Shown here one piece after another: positions 27,138-41,467 of a stretch of 64,000 nucleotides of DNA. The notes under the pieces are model-generated. The model saw only the letters and a list, made by a program, of their open reading frames with translations, was not told where the DNA came from and made no database searches. The stretch covers positions 56,245,472 through 56,309,471 of the forward strand of contig JARFYF010000104.1 of assembly GCA_030265395.1 (NCBI GenBank). Direction: 5' to 3'. The stretch comes from Rhina ancylostomus (lineage: Eukaryota). Position 1 is the stretch's first letter. Every line of letters starts with the position of its first letter. The position numbers and the translations under genes are program-made.

Positions 27138-29566
27138 GTAAGTAGGCAGCTCCTTCCCTGGCTCGTCTGGCGGTTCCTAGTGAGTGAGAGTGTGTAAGGA
27201 GTGCTGGAGTACCCGGTTTCACAAACCGATGTTCAGATGTCCCTGGACCCGGAGCAACGCGAAGTACTGCAAAGGGAACGTGTTTTGCTGAAAATCACAA
27301 CCGAGTCACACGTGCACGGCTAATTTTACTACCATCCCCAATGTTCCTGAATTAAAAGCGAGTTAATTAATCGATTTCTTAATTCTCATAATTAAATATA
27401 AAACAGCAACATTCGAGGACACAGTTACAATATTATTTTAATTGCATATACTTTTACTCAGGTATAAGATATGGTATTGTTGTTTTCTGTGACGAACACG
27501 GTTTGTAGTGAACGTCAGTGTCTTTAGTAGAAGATCATTAACATTCCTGAACCAAAAAAATTTAGTTGCCAGTAAGTTGCAAAGGAGTATTAACCAGGGC
27601 AATAAATAAGGTCGACGCCTAACTGTTTCGTTTCGCATTATCCAAATTGCTTTTACTATTGTGAATACAATGGCGAGGTAAAACAGTGAAAGTCTTCACT
27701 GATGGAGTTGGACCACGCAGAAATCTCCAGCACGTTTGTTTTGGTTGACAGAGTTGGCTGGGACTTGTCCATTTGGTCGATGTTATATGAAATGACACAT
27801 CCTATCACGGTGTGTTAAGTGTTATTATACCTACAGCTTGTAAACAGATGCTTTATCAACTCGAACTAATCATATTGTAGAAGGGTCTAGACACACTTTA
27901 GGAATGGCACCTCGTTGGCCAGGTTTACTGAGTGTAAAACAGGTTGAAGTTTATCCCTCCGACTCAAAACAAAATGTATCGATTTAAAATTGTTACAGCA
28001 CAGTGATGTGAAGCAACTGCGCAGACACTAACTTTAAGATCGAAACAAATATTATTGATTTTATAAAGAGATATTGCTATAAGAGTAATGTATTTTTAGA
28101 ATCCTATCCGGTATTAATCTATTTCAAGACTGAATTATATATTTAATCATCCTGGTCCGTTTGCAATAGGAAATAGCCGCAGTTTCATTTTGTACTTTTT
28201 TAAAAAAATGGTTAAAATCTCAGAAAAAAACCCGGGCAATGAAAAGGAATTTATTCTGATCTGGCGTGAAATCGGATGATTTTCTTGAAAAAAAAACTTG
28301 CAAATTTTCTAGTTCGCAATTTTCAGCTCCAGAAACTGAAATGAGGTACCATTTCACTGACAACGAAACGGAAGTAATACATATTTTTGCCTCATTAGTA
28401 AGGCGTTAATTTCACTTAGTGCTAAATCCGGTAAAAGTAGCAACGAAAGAGACTAAGTACCTCCCGGCGCAGATTACCCCTCTGCTGCAGGTATCAATCC
28501 ATTCTCGTTATAACTTTCCTTCCCTCCGGCTGTGACACAGACTAATAAAAAAAACCCTGGAGATTTATATGGGACGATTTATGTCAAATACTCCAAGTTT
28601 TGCATAAAACAATTTTGTTGCCGATTTTCATTTATTAACACTTAGGGACGTGTTTTAATTCCGAATGTAGATCCCCTGAATCCAAATTGGAATACTGTTT
28701 TTTTTGGAAATGATTATCATCCCGAATTAGGATTTATTATTTCCTTTCCCATTCTCGAAAGCCATTGAAATTTACTATCCCCTTAGGATAAAAATATACT
28801 GTTTTCTTTTGCAAGATAACATGCGAGCTACCACTAACTGTGTGGTAAATATCCAAACATTCTGTTACATTCGCTGCGAGAATCCAACCGTTCGCAATTC
28901 TGCAGCCGATTACTCAAAAGAAACATGTTTTGCTCCCAGAAGACTGTGAACGGGACTAATATCTGTCCACAAATCTCCGAGCGACAGGAAGCTGAAGTTT
29001 CATCGAAAGGGGCGCTTTTTCTGTTCCGAATTCAGTGGGTCACTTTCACTTTCAGTGAACATCTCGCGTGTCTCAGCCTCACAGCAACGATCTTTCCTGT
29101 ACATTTTTAAAGCTGCTAACTGTAACTGAAGAGAGTGTTGGCGAATATTACGTTAATTTTATAATCCACTAGAGTGTTTAGCTGTCCCTTTCCTGAGGGC
29201 AGTTGTTGGTTGAGAGCGCGTGTGGACGTGATGTGAGGGGTGTTCCAGATAGCCACTTTGTCCTTGCCTCCTTGGAAGTGTTCCCCTCTAACCAAATGCG
29301 GCGGGTTGCTCACCCCATTGCTCTTCTAACTTCTCCAGCCCGTGTCTTACTCCAAAACCACTGTGCCCCCTACCCCGTCCCCACGCCATCCCAATTCTAC
29401 CCTTCCATAACTGTGTAGAGGAGGGGGTTCTGAACTCCTCACCCCTATATTTTTTTGCTGGCCCGTGCATAGCCGATAATTCTACGTGGGAGACACGGAC
29501 TGAGTGCTTACTGTATAGCTGCAGTGTTTCTTTTCTTTCTCTCTCTGTTTTATGTATTGTATACAG

Positions 29567-29732
29567 GGCATGGCGGGGTGAATCAGCTCGGAGGAGTCTT
29601 TGTGAATGGCCGCCCTCTCCCCGATGTTGTCCGGCAGCGAATCGTGGAACTGGCCCACCAAGGAGTGAGACCCTGCGACATCTCCAGACAGCTCAGAGTG
29701 AGCCACGGCTGCGTTAGCAAGATTCTGGGCAG
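29567..29732 (+). CDS. pax5: Pax5 exon 2 (paired domain, N-terminal PAI subdomain)
   Basis: Pyrimidine tract plus acag| acceptor and AG|GTAAGA donor. The 166 nt encode [55 protein letters not shown]. Confidence 0.99.
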
Positions 29733-32700
29733 GTAAGAGGCAAGAGGAAAGAGAAATGTCAAACATGGTATCTGCCTGAAACCAAATGGGGCCCAAACTG
29801 ATAATTACAGTTCAGAAACAATAACATCTTAGAGGAAATTCAACCCTGAATGGAGCATGAATTTGAAAATGCCTAGAAATTATACACTTGGTACAAGGCC
29901 GAATTCCGAGGGGGAAGCGAAAAGCCTAAATAAATCAGAAATTATAGTGCAAACAGGAAACGTTCATCATCGGGCAGTGTGTTCAGTGGAATAGTAATAA
30001 TGGAAACAATCTTACAGGCAAGAAAGTAATAATGAGAAATAGTGTTAGAGGCAAGAGAATCAGAAGTAATTCAAACCTAACATTACAGATATGAGGGGAA
30101 GAAATAATCCAGGAGCGACATATCCCAGACAAAGCCTTTCCTGCAGGTAATCCATCAGAAAGGATATAACAACAAGGTAATCCTTAAATTAAGAGAATCA
30201 GATATCGGAGAATAGCAGAAAACGATTCGCCAAAACCCCAGCAAGTAAAAGCCATGCATAATACAGAAGAAATCCCTAGGTTATAAGAAAGCAAAATAAT
30301 CCTTTAATATATGTCAGCCCTTCCAAACAGACAGTAAATAGCTGGTAGGTACAAAGATAAATATTAGGAATGCCTAGGAAACGCATAGATACAGTTAACA
30401 TATTAATGTGCAGGGCAATGATTATAGACACCGCTGCTGCTGTTTCAGTGTCAGTCTCTGCAGTCACTTTTTTTTTAGCAGAGACTAGAGTGACAGCGAG
30501 AGCACATTCTACCCCCACATTCTGCTCCCTCACTTTACACGGCAGCCCTGACCCCTGGCAGCCTTTAGAAGGACTTACATTCACACTGCCTGGTACAAAA
30601 GATGAGGGCGTCGAATTCAGGTGCAGAAGGGTACATAAACATATAATATCATACCTATACACAGAGGCGAACATTTCGATCAAGGCTCTTTGCCTCGAAA
30701 TTAAATTATACCAGGTGGTACGTGCACCCAGAAAAATGTGTATTTGCACACATCGGCACCAGAACACGCGGCACTTACCCCTTCATGAAACCAACAAGCT
30801 AAACACTACTTATTTACACAGACGAAAAACAAACCGGCATACAAATTCACAGCTCAAAAGTGAAACCTAAACAAAACACTTTATATTGTTCCTTCTCTTA
30901 GTCTCGGACACTCGCGTTAATTAGGTTTATTTGCGTTGATATTTCATATATTTTGATGATGTCGCGTTTTGTAGAAGAAATAGTTCAATTACACATTAAA
31001 GTAAGAAGTTCCTTTATGAATCATTTGCTTAATTATTAATGTTAGGAAATAAAATTGATAAAGTTCCACCGTTTATACTTGTGGGATGGGAGAGGAGTAA
31101 CCATTACATGCTATAGTGGAGAAATATTAATGCAGATGTTGTGTGAGAGGATGGGTTTTGGGCAGATTAAACCCTTCTATCATCTTATAATACCACGATT
31201 TAAAATTGCAATTACACGTGCATGAACGCTGGGCCTGGGGTACAGATGGGATGTCATTACCCAAGTCAGATCAATTTATCAAAGCACAAGCGGGAGCTGA
31301 ACTTTTATTTTTATTGATGCTCTGCCAGAGTTTGGGTCAGTGATCATCGGAAACTTTTTTTTTACCTTAGTAAGTTAATTCTTATTTTCCTTTGCACTTG
31401 GACGAGCTCCATTGTATTTTCAAGGGATTTGAAATCACCAGGCTTCCAGTGATTTTGTTCCCCCAGGAGAAGCGTGACTGACCTATCACAGGCCCCGGTG
31501 AGACAATATTGTTTTTAAAATTGATTGACTTATTGGAAGTTCGAAAACTGGAGTTTAGGGTTAAACCGCAATTTTTAAAAATCTTAGCAAGGCCAGTAAT
31601 CAGATGAATCAAACGAAATGTTAGAGAAATCTGCGCCAGTCGTTTTGGGGGTCCTTGGATCTGAAAAAAATTCCACTGAGATCAACTACGGTTAGAGCCA
31701 GGCCTCCTGCGATAATTGATCAAACTTGGGGAATACGACTCTTTCTCTGTGAATTAAACCCGATCACAGTTCCCATTGTACCGTGCACCCCTTTTTGCAC
31801 ATTTGCTTTGTTCTTGCACAATTTCTAATTCACTAATTGACGCATAGTTAAATAGCAGACAGTTCATTTGACTCTCTTACCAGGCTCGAAAGTTGGCCAA
31901 ACGAATAATGAAACACTTTCTAAACAAGGTTACACATCAGGGCAGAACGCTTCTTATTTGAAAGTTATGAAATCTTGGAGAGTTAATACAGGCAGGAGCT
32001 AGAATAAATTCCAGTGACCAGATTAATAGACCACTGCAACGCTTACATTGCTAACGGCTCGGTTTGAGTTATTAATCTCAATGAATTTGACACGACTATA
32101 AGAAGACTGTCATTTACTAATTAATTTAACAATTAACTGAAAGTTACCGATTGTCTTCTATGATGATGAAAATCTGACATGATCCTAGCCAAGTTTCACA
32201 TTTCAACTACAAGGAAAAATAATTTGTTCGAGCAAAAAAAAACCTCGGAATATTCTCTAATTTCCCATTTTCTCGCCGCCACTAACTTCTCTCGGCCAGA
32301 CCCTGAGTAGTAATGGAAAGCTGCTGGCTTCAGATCAGTCTCAGCAGCAACCGCACGTCCATAGAAAGAGAAATTAAATGTTCAGGAAGAAGCAAAGCGT
32401 GTGGAGGGAAGGGCGGTCGGAGCGCAGTGAAGCAGGGATTAGCATTCAGGTCCCCACTGACTAAGCTTTAAGCACAACCAGCAGTCCATCGTTGCCACCA
32501 GTCATTCTCTCCCCCTTCTCTATTACACACATTTATTCCCTGCAAGGTTTGTTAAGAGGCTCACGATGCTATTGCATTCAATTCCACTCCGCTTAAAACA
32601 GATCGGAAGATCCACTCCAATCGCATCTTGCAGGAATAGGAGCAGTTCATATGTGAGTGTCTTTGCCTCTTGATCCTGTTTAGAGAAGGTGCATAATTTT

Positions 32701-33195
32701 GAATTAAACTGTAATTGTTTTGTCAGAAATATTTGGTGATTTATTGATCTATTACCCAGTGTGAAGGGCAATGTACATAATTGCTTTAGTAAGCAAAAAA
32801 TTGTCTTTTTAAGCGTTACTTTGGAAACTTCCTCTCTTCTGCTTCGCTAGCAGTTTGACCGCTCGCCACATCTACTCTTAGGAGTATAGAACGTAGCACA
32901 TGGAACACAAGAACATACCTAAGATTTTTAAAAAATTTTTTCCCGAGTTTCAATGGCTTCATAAAGGCAATTTTTATTCTAATTACCCCGCTGGACAAAT
33001 ATGGGTCTCTAATTCAGAGATAATTTGTTTCATTTTGGGATCTATCTGCGTTGTTGTGGAGTTTCAAAGGACATCTTCCACGCCTTCTCATTACACAACA
33101 GGGATCTCAGTTTAAGACTCTTCACTGTCGACTTAAATCAGTAATGCGGAAACCTGTCCTTGGACAGTGCTTCACGGAGAATAAGTCTGACCTTG

Positions 33196-33197
<2 letters not shown>

Positions 33198-33247
<50 letters not shown>

Positions 33248-33472
33248 GGCGGCACACAGACAAAAAGAGAAAGGCAGTGAATAACGCCAAGAGGGAGATT
33301 GAGACAGAGAGAACGACAGACTGACAGAAATATATGNNNNNNNNNNNNNNNNNNNNNNNNNNNNNNNNNNNNNNNNNNNNNNNNNNNNNNNNNNNNNNNN
33401 NNNNNNNNNNNNNNNNNNNNNNNNNNNNNNNNNNNNGAGACAGAGAGAACGACAGGCGGACAGAAATATATG

Positions 33473-33518
<46 letters not shown>

Positions 33519-33550
33519 AGAGAGAGAGAAAGAGAGAGTGAGAGAAAGAA
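33198..33550. repeat. Compound (GA)n / (TG)n microsatellite region around an N gap
   Basis: (GA)n at ~33198-33246, (TG)n at ~33477-33515, with GA-rich flanks. Confidence 0.95.
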
Positions 33551-36500
33551 CCAGAGAGATGAAAAGTGCGGTAATTTAGCCAGCTTGATCCACCCGGTTT
33601 AAACAAGAATGGGCGTTTTTTTGCCGGAAGTGATTAGGTGGATGTCCTGGGCTGTGCTGTGGCTGGCTCATGCTTGCTCGGAGCACTAAGCTAAGGCTGG
33701 AGATTCTAACAGGCACCTGACTTGGTTCTGGGAAGCAGTTGTTATAAGCTATTAATAGGAGCATCCTGAAGGTGTCTCTGTTTGGTGAATCGTCTTTCCA
33801 GCCAGCTTTCAGTCTTTTGAACATGTTTCAGCCCCTTGTGGAGGTTCCCAGCTTTGCTTCCACTGACAGGAATAAACATTAAAAAAGGGAAGTCCAAGTA
33901 ACTACTATGCAAGTCTTGCCATGAATATAATCAGGTTATTGACCACTCTACATTTCTTTTTTTGTGACTGAATATGTCCAACGTATTTGTCAACCATTAT
34001 TCATGTGGGTGATCTGTTCTGAATGGGAAGCGTGGGCTGGTTGTTTTTGTGCCGTCGTCTCCCCTAATCACTTTTCCTCTTTATTACCTATCGGTTTCTT
34101 TCCTTTTTCATTCCCTTTCTTCGTCTTTTTCACTTCCCCTCGACCAGGTGCTATCTTTCTGCGTCTGTTTTTCTGCTACAGAGGTTCTTTACATCCTTGT
34201 ACTGGAATCTAGCCCACCACCATGTTCAGGACCAAGGACAGGATCTCTTCCCTGCTGACAGTGGAAGTCCAGGTTTACTGTTCTAAATCAATGCCCAGGA
34301 TTGGGCAAAAGGCCAAAATTAACAGGATTTTTCAGACTGTCGCTCAAATTAACACCACTTTGCTGTCAACAGCGTAGACAAACTCATAGGACGCAGATTT
34401 CAATAATATTAACAAAAGAAACTCAAACAGAGAGACAAAACTAACAAGAAGTGACAGGATCTCGTGGGTGCGGTGATGAATATGACGAAAAAGTGCCATC
34501 TTAAAGGAAAAACATACATAAGCAGGGAGAAGAATGGCGGAAGGGATGTGTTTACAGTTAGGAAACCCTTTTCTAAAAGTAAAAGGCAATCAAAAGATTG
34601 AAACGCAATAACGATAGTCATTTTTGTCGCTTATGTGTGTTGCTGCTTCACGTAATGCACGCCCATTCCTTACCAGCATCAGTTCCCCATGCTTTTTGAC
34701 TCATTAAAATTAAACACTAAATATTTCCATTCCTTTATTCGTTACATTTTATTTTAAACCTTTATCTTTGATAAAGGTTTAACTACACTGGAACGGTGTG
34801 AGATTTAGGGAAGGAGAATATCATCATCAACAACTATAATAAGAGCAACTTGCAATTATATAAATCAATCTTTCTAAACGATTACTAGGTAAAGCCGTTC
34901 GTGCAAGAAAAGATGAAAAGCATGTATCAGGGATAAGAATAAGCAGGACATTAAATCTTTCTTTATTTTTAGTGAAAGGCTTGTGTTGTCCTATTCACCC
35001 CAGCAATGTGAGGTGGTATTTGCAAGGTATTCCATAACTAGGATCTGAAGGTGTAGGATTGTAGCTGGAAACGTACGGTGCATCCCATTATTCCACAAGA
35101 CAGAACAACGGTCATTGGTCACCAGTCAGGTGAAGTACGATGCTGGTTAATTCTTCAGGAAACTTTTTTACCTACCTTCTATGATTGATAGATGAAAGCA
35201 TTGGCAACGTGTCGCCTCGTTCAAAACCTTGCTTGCATTGCAGTTCATTTCTGTGATGATTTGAGTATAATAGTTAATTGTGACCATAGTTCTTTTTAAA
35301 GAAAAGTTTATCTCTTTTTGTCCCTTTCCCAGATATATATTGTTTCTCGTTTGATGCTAAGAATTAAAACAGAAAATGAAGTTTTAAATTTGGCAATGGT
35401 TTCCCAAAGACAGTCCTCCATAGACTTGAATTGATAACAAGTTTTCTAAGAGAACTCGCGTGGAATTTTATTATTCTAATTAAACACGTATATGAAATGT
35501 ACAAAGTAAATCTTAATGGCAAAAAGTTTGTTCTGGCCTTCCCTTTATAGGATACATTTCCAAGACACAGCTGGGGCTTAGAGATCCACATGACGATTCT
35601 CCTGGGATTAACTGTCATAATAACTTCGAGTATATCCCACCCATACATAGTATTGTTATTTTTCATAATTCTCTCCCAAAATTTTTTAGTCTGCTGACAA
35701 ACGAAAATCGCAACGCTCACTGAAACCGTGACTGGGCGAAAGTGTTTTACAGAATCATTTCAAATGGAACACCTTCTACGCACAAAAAAAATTGGCGTGG
35801 TGGTGGGACAGTGGGAGTGGGACGGGAAACTTGCACTTAAAACTGCATCACATCGCTCAGAAATGTCCCCGAACTCCCCACAGACAGCGTATTACTTTGA
35901 AGACCATTTACTGATATTATGTACATAATTTTAATATATTAGAAATAAAATATACGCCGGTCTGTCCTTTAACAATTTTGGTGTATCGACACATATAGTG
36001 TATTAAGGCTTTCCCTGTCACTGAACGGTATTCCGAGTATTTTCCATACTCTTGCAACTATTTTGTGTCCCCCCCCCATTTATGGCGTCCTTCTCCTTAA
36101 ACTCCCAGTATCTGCACGTCCTTTCAACCTTTGTTGTCCTTCCAACCCCATCCTCATTTTTCCAAATTTTGCCCCGGCTGCTTTAGTTCTCTCTTTATAT
36201 TTCTGCTTTTTCTCTGATATTACAGAAATCTCAATGTTCCCCCCCCCACCATAAGTTTTGGTCATTGATGCCTGTGTCAGATATGGAGACGCAAAGGTTA
36301 AGTAATCCAGACAACCGAGTGACAACAGAATAAAGAGATTTAGAAACATTAAAATCAAAGTATTAATAATTGTAACACTGAACTGACACAAATAATTCTA
36401 CATAATATAAAAAAGAAAATAATTGATCCATTATGGCAAAGCAGAAGTCAAATCAGGTTATAACAGTAACATTTTTGAAGCAAATGCAACCAGTTAAGGT

Positions 36501-37349
36501 ACCTCAGGCGAAACATTTCTCGACGTTTTCGACCTGGAAGTGCATTATTTCAATTATTTGCTGCTTTTTTTTCAGAATAAAATTTAACAAAACTTGATTA
36601 TTGCATTTAGTTCTTTAATTTTTTTTGCGATGACAATACAAATGTTAGGGCTCAAGTGTATTATCACAACCACCAGACCTCTCCGGCAAACTTGAAATAA
36701 GAAAGTTCTTACCTACCCCCTCAAGGAACTTGCTGTGTCCTGGAAGTGCCACTGTGCAAGTGATTAACTCAACATTTCATTGTTAGGAAAATTATTGAGC
36801 GATAATGGTTTTTAGCGCAATACACAAACATACTTAAAACACGTTATACATCCCATTGTGTAGATACCCACACATGTACACGCACGCATGCACGAATACA
36901 CACAGGTGTACTAACACATAAGAAGGGTTACGTAGTCAAGCGCCTGTGGATAGAACGAGTCCACCAGGAACTGGCGCCAGTTGACTGGGAACTATCCTGT
37001 CAACCGCCCTCAGAATCTTATCTGTTTCAATAGGATAACCTGTCATTCATATATATTCCAGGGAATGTAGGCCCATTCACACCAACGTTCAAATCAGTTC
37101 TGCTCATCAAATAACAACAAGAGAACTAAAGTTTTTATTGTCTTTAGAATTAGACGAACGTTTTTCTACTTCTTATTCCAATAGAACATAGAATTCTGTT
37201 CAGACAATTGATCAGATATGGCAGAGTAAAAAATGATTGGAGTTAACTCTCTGATCAAATTCTGTTTGCGACCTCATTCCGTTTTTTTCCCCATTATTGT
37301 GCTCAATCTCAAGTAACGCTCTCAATATTTTTCTCTTTTGGTTTATTAA

Positions 37350-37589
<240 letters not shown>

Positions 37590-38149
37590 TAATTGACCCT
37601 CAGCCTTCATAACACGGCGGCCTCAAGTCGTTTTTAAAAAAAACTTTACGAGCGATATTTGGAGGAAGTAAACAAGAGGATAAAAAAACCTCTGAACACT
37701 TAACATTTAAAAGTAATATTTAGTTTCCTTCATTTTGTTTTCTAAAGAGTTGGACCCCCTAACCANNNNNNNNNNNNNNNNNNNNNNNNNNNNNNNNNNN
37801 NNNNNNNNNNNNNNNNNNNNNNNNNNNNNNNNNNNNNNNNNNNNNNNNNNNNNNNNNNNNNNNNNGGCAGCTCGCTAAGTGCACGACAAATCTAATCTCC
37901 CACTGGAGCAATTATTTCTTAGGCTGTGACCCCTTTGATCAGTCATTGACCTCTGCTTTTACTATGTTCCTTTTTCCTAAGGAACCTCTTTCTCTCATCC
38001 CTTAATCTGTTGGCTCTTTTTCTGCTACATTTATCAGCTTCCTTCAAATTGACTGCTTTTAGTGTACAATATCTGGATCATTATTTCACAATCTTTGTCC
38101 TGCTGTTCACTTTTGAAATCATAAAATGTAGTTCTTTTAATTCCTTATC

Positions 38150-38790
38150 TGCACCTCTTCCACCCTGGTCTTCTGCATTCAGCGCTCCCAATGTAGCCTC
38201 CTCTGCATTGGTGAAACAATGAGTAGACTAGGCGACTGTTTTTGCAGAGTACCTGAGCTCTGTTCAGACAGCCATCTCGAGCTTCCATTGCATGTCAGTT
38301 CAACTCCCCTTCCCACTTTCACACTGACCTGTCTGTCCCCAGTCTTCTCCATTGCCACAGTGAGGCCAAATGCAAATTCAAAGACCAGCATCTCATTTTC
38401 CACTTGGGTAGCTTAAAACCCAATGGTAGAAGCATAGAATTTTCCAATTCCAGGTAACTGTGTTGATCTCCCACACACATTCACCTGTCCATCTAGGTTT
38501 CTCCTGCTTTTGTTCACCTTTCCCATTCCACTCCCCCACCTGGTTCTATCTGCCTATCATCTGGAGTCTCATCTGGTTCCACTTATCACCTACCTGCCTC
38601 TATCACACCTTTCCCTTGTACTTATGTCTACCGGCAATCTTTTCTCTTCCCTCACCTGTTGTAAGATCTTGACCTGAACCATCTACATGCACCTTTTGCC
38701 TCCACAGATGCTGTTTGACCCATTGAGTTCTTCCAGTGTTCTGTGCTTTGTTCCAGATTCCAGCATCTGCAGTCTCTTTTGTCTTCAACT
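38150..38790 (+). mobile_element. Penelope-like element 3' part (GIY-YIG endonuclease relic plus terminal repeat)
   Basis: CIQRSQCSLLCIGETMSRLGDC resembles GIY-YIG CxxC..YIGETxRxLxxR, and is followed by a pyrimidine-rich spacer and the ccacagatgctg...ccagcatctgcagt terminus. Confidence 0.75.
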
Positions 38791-40409
38791 AGATTTTCCC
38801 CATGTTGAACATTTGGCTTCATGCATTGCTCTTATTCACACATATGGCCAAATTATCAGGCAGGACTTCAGATGGAACACTTACTTCTCTTGCTCAATTG
38901 GGTCCAAGACCAGTTTACCTTCTTATGACATTTTCTCATCAATTACTCTTCATTCCTGATTGCCTGTATTTGTTTAGTGAATCAAATACTGCTCCTAAAG
39001 CCTCTCATCATTCTCTCCCCATTAGCCATAAATGTTTATTTTATCCAAACGACTGAGAGAAGTTCCTCTCTACTTCTGTGGTGTAAGAAGACCATCATGA
39101 TACCCTTTAACCTGTCTGAATTTACACTGTTGAAATTAAAAGTATATAATACAGTTCATTTCTCCAAATGATTCCTTTGGTTTCTCAAAACAATAAAGTT
39201 GTTACATTTCTCCTACTTTTCTCCTTTTATATCTATCACTTTCAAAATCCTGGTTTGGGATAACTGATTTTAATTTCAATGCTTCTGTGCATTTTCTATA
39301 CCTCTTTCTCTCATGATTTTATCTTCACTTTTAAGATCCTCCTTAAAAGTCACCCCTTTAACCATCCAGCCTAGACCTCATCATATGTTTTAGCATCTTT
39401 TCCTGTTTGATTATACTTCATGAAGTGCCTTGGAGGATTTTTATTTATGTCTGTGTGATATAAATGCAAATCATTGTTGAGTTAACCTGTTCTGTGGAGT
39501 CAGTTTCTACATTTTTTATTCTTGGTTTGGAGAAGCAATAATCTGCAGAAGGAAAACAATGGTATTTGTAGCGCATTCTTGATAAAAACCTCAGAGCAAC
39601 ATTGATGGAGAAATCCTAGCAACCACCCTCATATTCTAAAATATTGTATTGAATAACTTTTCTTTTCCTATCCCAGGACAAATGAGATCAAATGTAATGT
39701 CTGCCTTGTTTACCTTCACTAACTCAGAATAAGGGATTAAAGCAGGGACCTAACCCAACTCTGATCATAATGGCTTCCTGTTTTCAACGTTTAGATTTGA
39801 TATGCTAAACTAACAGGCACCTCAAGCTAGGCTTTTCCTTTCACCAAAATGATGATCTACACCAACACGAGGAGTTCTTAATGAAATTAAAGGTTTTACA
39901 TTTGTAACAGATATGAAAAACACTGAAATGCACTATGCTAGACATACTTCAATGGCCTAGAGAGTAACAGAGGAAAGAAAACAAAGCGATTGAATCTCTC
40001 AGAAACTTTACATCAGTTGAATGTCATTAAAAAATAGTGTTGAAGCAGTTGTATACAACAGGCAGAACACATATTGAAGGTAAATCCCAAACCTGGTTCA
40101 CTGATGAAAGCAGGAGTTGTTTCACCGCTGTAACATCTTCCTGTAACAGTGGTGGCTATGATATAGTTTCATGAATTGAATAAGAGCTACATTATTCAGC
40201 AGCATTAATAGGCCATTCTTTGTAAAGTGCTGATTACAAAACTTGTCTGCACATCAAATTGTAATAAACCTTTTATTATTAAAGAAAAGTAACATCAAAT
40301 TGCATCTCTTTTTAAAAGACAAACATATATTACATATTCTTCAAAATCCTGGATTTGGAGTTCCCCAAACCCCTCAAAAATGTAGACTCATTAAAAAAAA
40401 ATCTGTGCA

Positions 40410-40735
40410 TTACTAGCAAGGTGAACAATTATTGTCCTTTCCTAATTGCCTTTGAGAAGGCAGTGGTAAGCTGCCTTCCTAAACAACACCAGTTTATCTG
40501 ATGAAGCTCCTTTCACAATGGTATTATGAGAAAATTCCATAATTTAGACCCAGCACCAATGAAGGGCCTGCAATATATCCCCAATCAGGATGTGGTGTGA
40601 CTTAGAGGGCAACATTGCAGATGGTGGTGTTCCCATGCTCCTGCTGCCCCTTTCCTTCTTGGTGTTGGGGACTGCAGATTTAGGAGGTGCTGTTGGAGAA
40701 GTGACTGCAGTGCATCTTGTAGACAAGGACCGTAT
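40410..40735 (-). mobile_element. LINE 3' end fragment (same family as 50775-50995)
   Basis: Reverse complement of the ...ctcaaaggcaattagg...aataa..ccttgctag tail also seen at 50775-50995. Confidence 0.6.
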
Positions 40736-40924
40736 ACTACAGAGATCAATAGCTCGGATCAATGTATCTCACAATTAGGTTGTCCCCTACCTTAAGAGAC
40801 CCTCAAGAAATAATGTCACAAAGTTTACATTGAGGGTTAGAACCTTGGATCAGTGGTATTACAGTTGCTTCTGAAACTGCTTATTGGCTTCTGAACCACT
40901 CCAGTATTTGAGCACAGAAGGATT

Positions 40925-41345
40925 TTAGAATAGGAGCAGGAGCAGGCTAGGGCCTCTCATGCATGTTCCTTGATTCAATGAGTTTATGACTGAAGTGATC
41001 TTGGCCTAAACTCCACCAATGCTCAGTTCCTCTAAGGTTTAAAAAATCTGTCCAAGTTCTTGACTCCCCCACTAGAGAAATCATTCTCCTGGTATCTATA
41101 CTGTGAAGCTCCTTTGGAATCTTGTTTCTTTCTAAATTGCAGAGTCAACCCATTCTAATTCATCTTTTCTCATAATCTCTTTTCTTTACATGGAATCAAT
41201 CTAGTTAACATTCTCCACTCTGCTTCCACAACAAGCATAGTCTTATGTAGGTAGTGTTCCAGGTGTGGCATCAGTAAATCCTGTCCAGCTGAAGCAAAAC
41301 CTTCCTACCTGTGTACTGCATCCTCCTTGTGAACATCCCAATTCG
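40925..41345 (-). mobile_element. Decayed CR1 3' fragment
   Basis: Starts agaataggagcaggagcagg, the reverse of the ctcctgctcctatt tail at ~22130. Confidence 0.55.
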
Positions 41346-41467
41346 GAAATTAAGTATCAATGAGCACCAGTATTCAAGAATAAGTTTTCTTAACTAATAC
41401 TCTGCTTTTTCCACCACAGTGAAGAACTTTTAATTTCTCCATATTTTACACTATTTGCCATGGTACT

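Noticed and set aside
29482-29796. 104-aa minus-strand ORF
   Set aside because: Antisense shadow of the paired-box exon 2.
30276-30870. Overlapping 163-aa and 166-aa ORFs on opposite strands, the longest in the track
   Set aside because: No recognisable domain or splice context, and intronic to pax5. Consistent with chance.
21170-37070. EBF1-like sites (TCCCCAGGAA at ~21172, ATTCCAGGGAAT at ~37055)
   Set aside because: Imperfect matches to TCCCnnGGGA, expected by chance.
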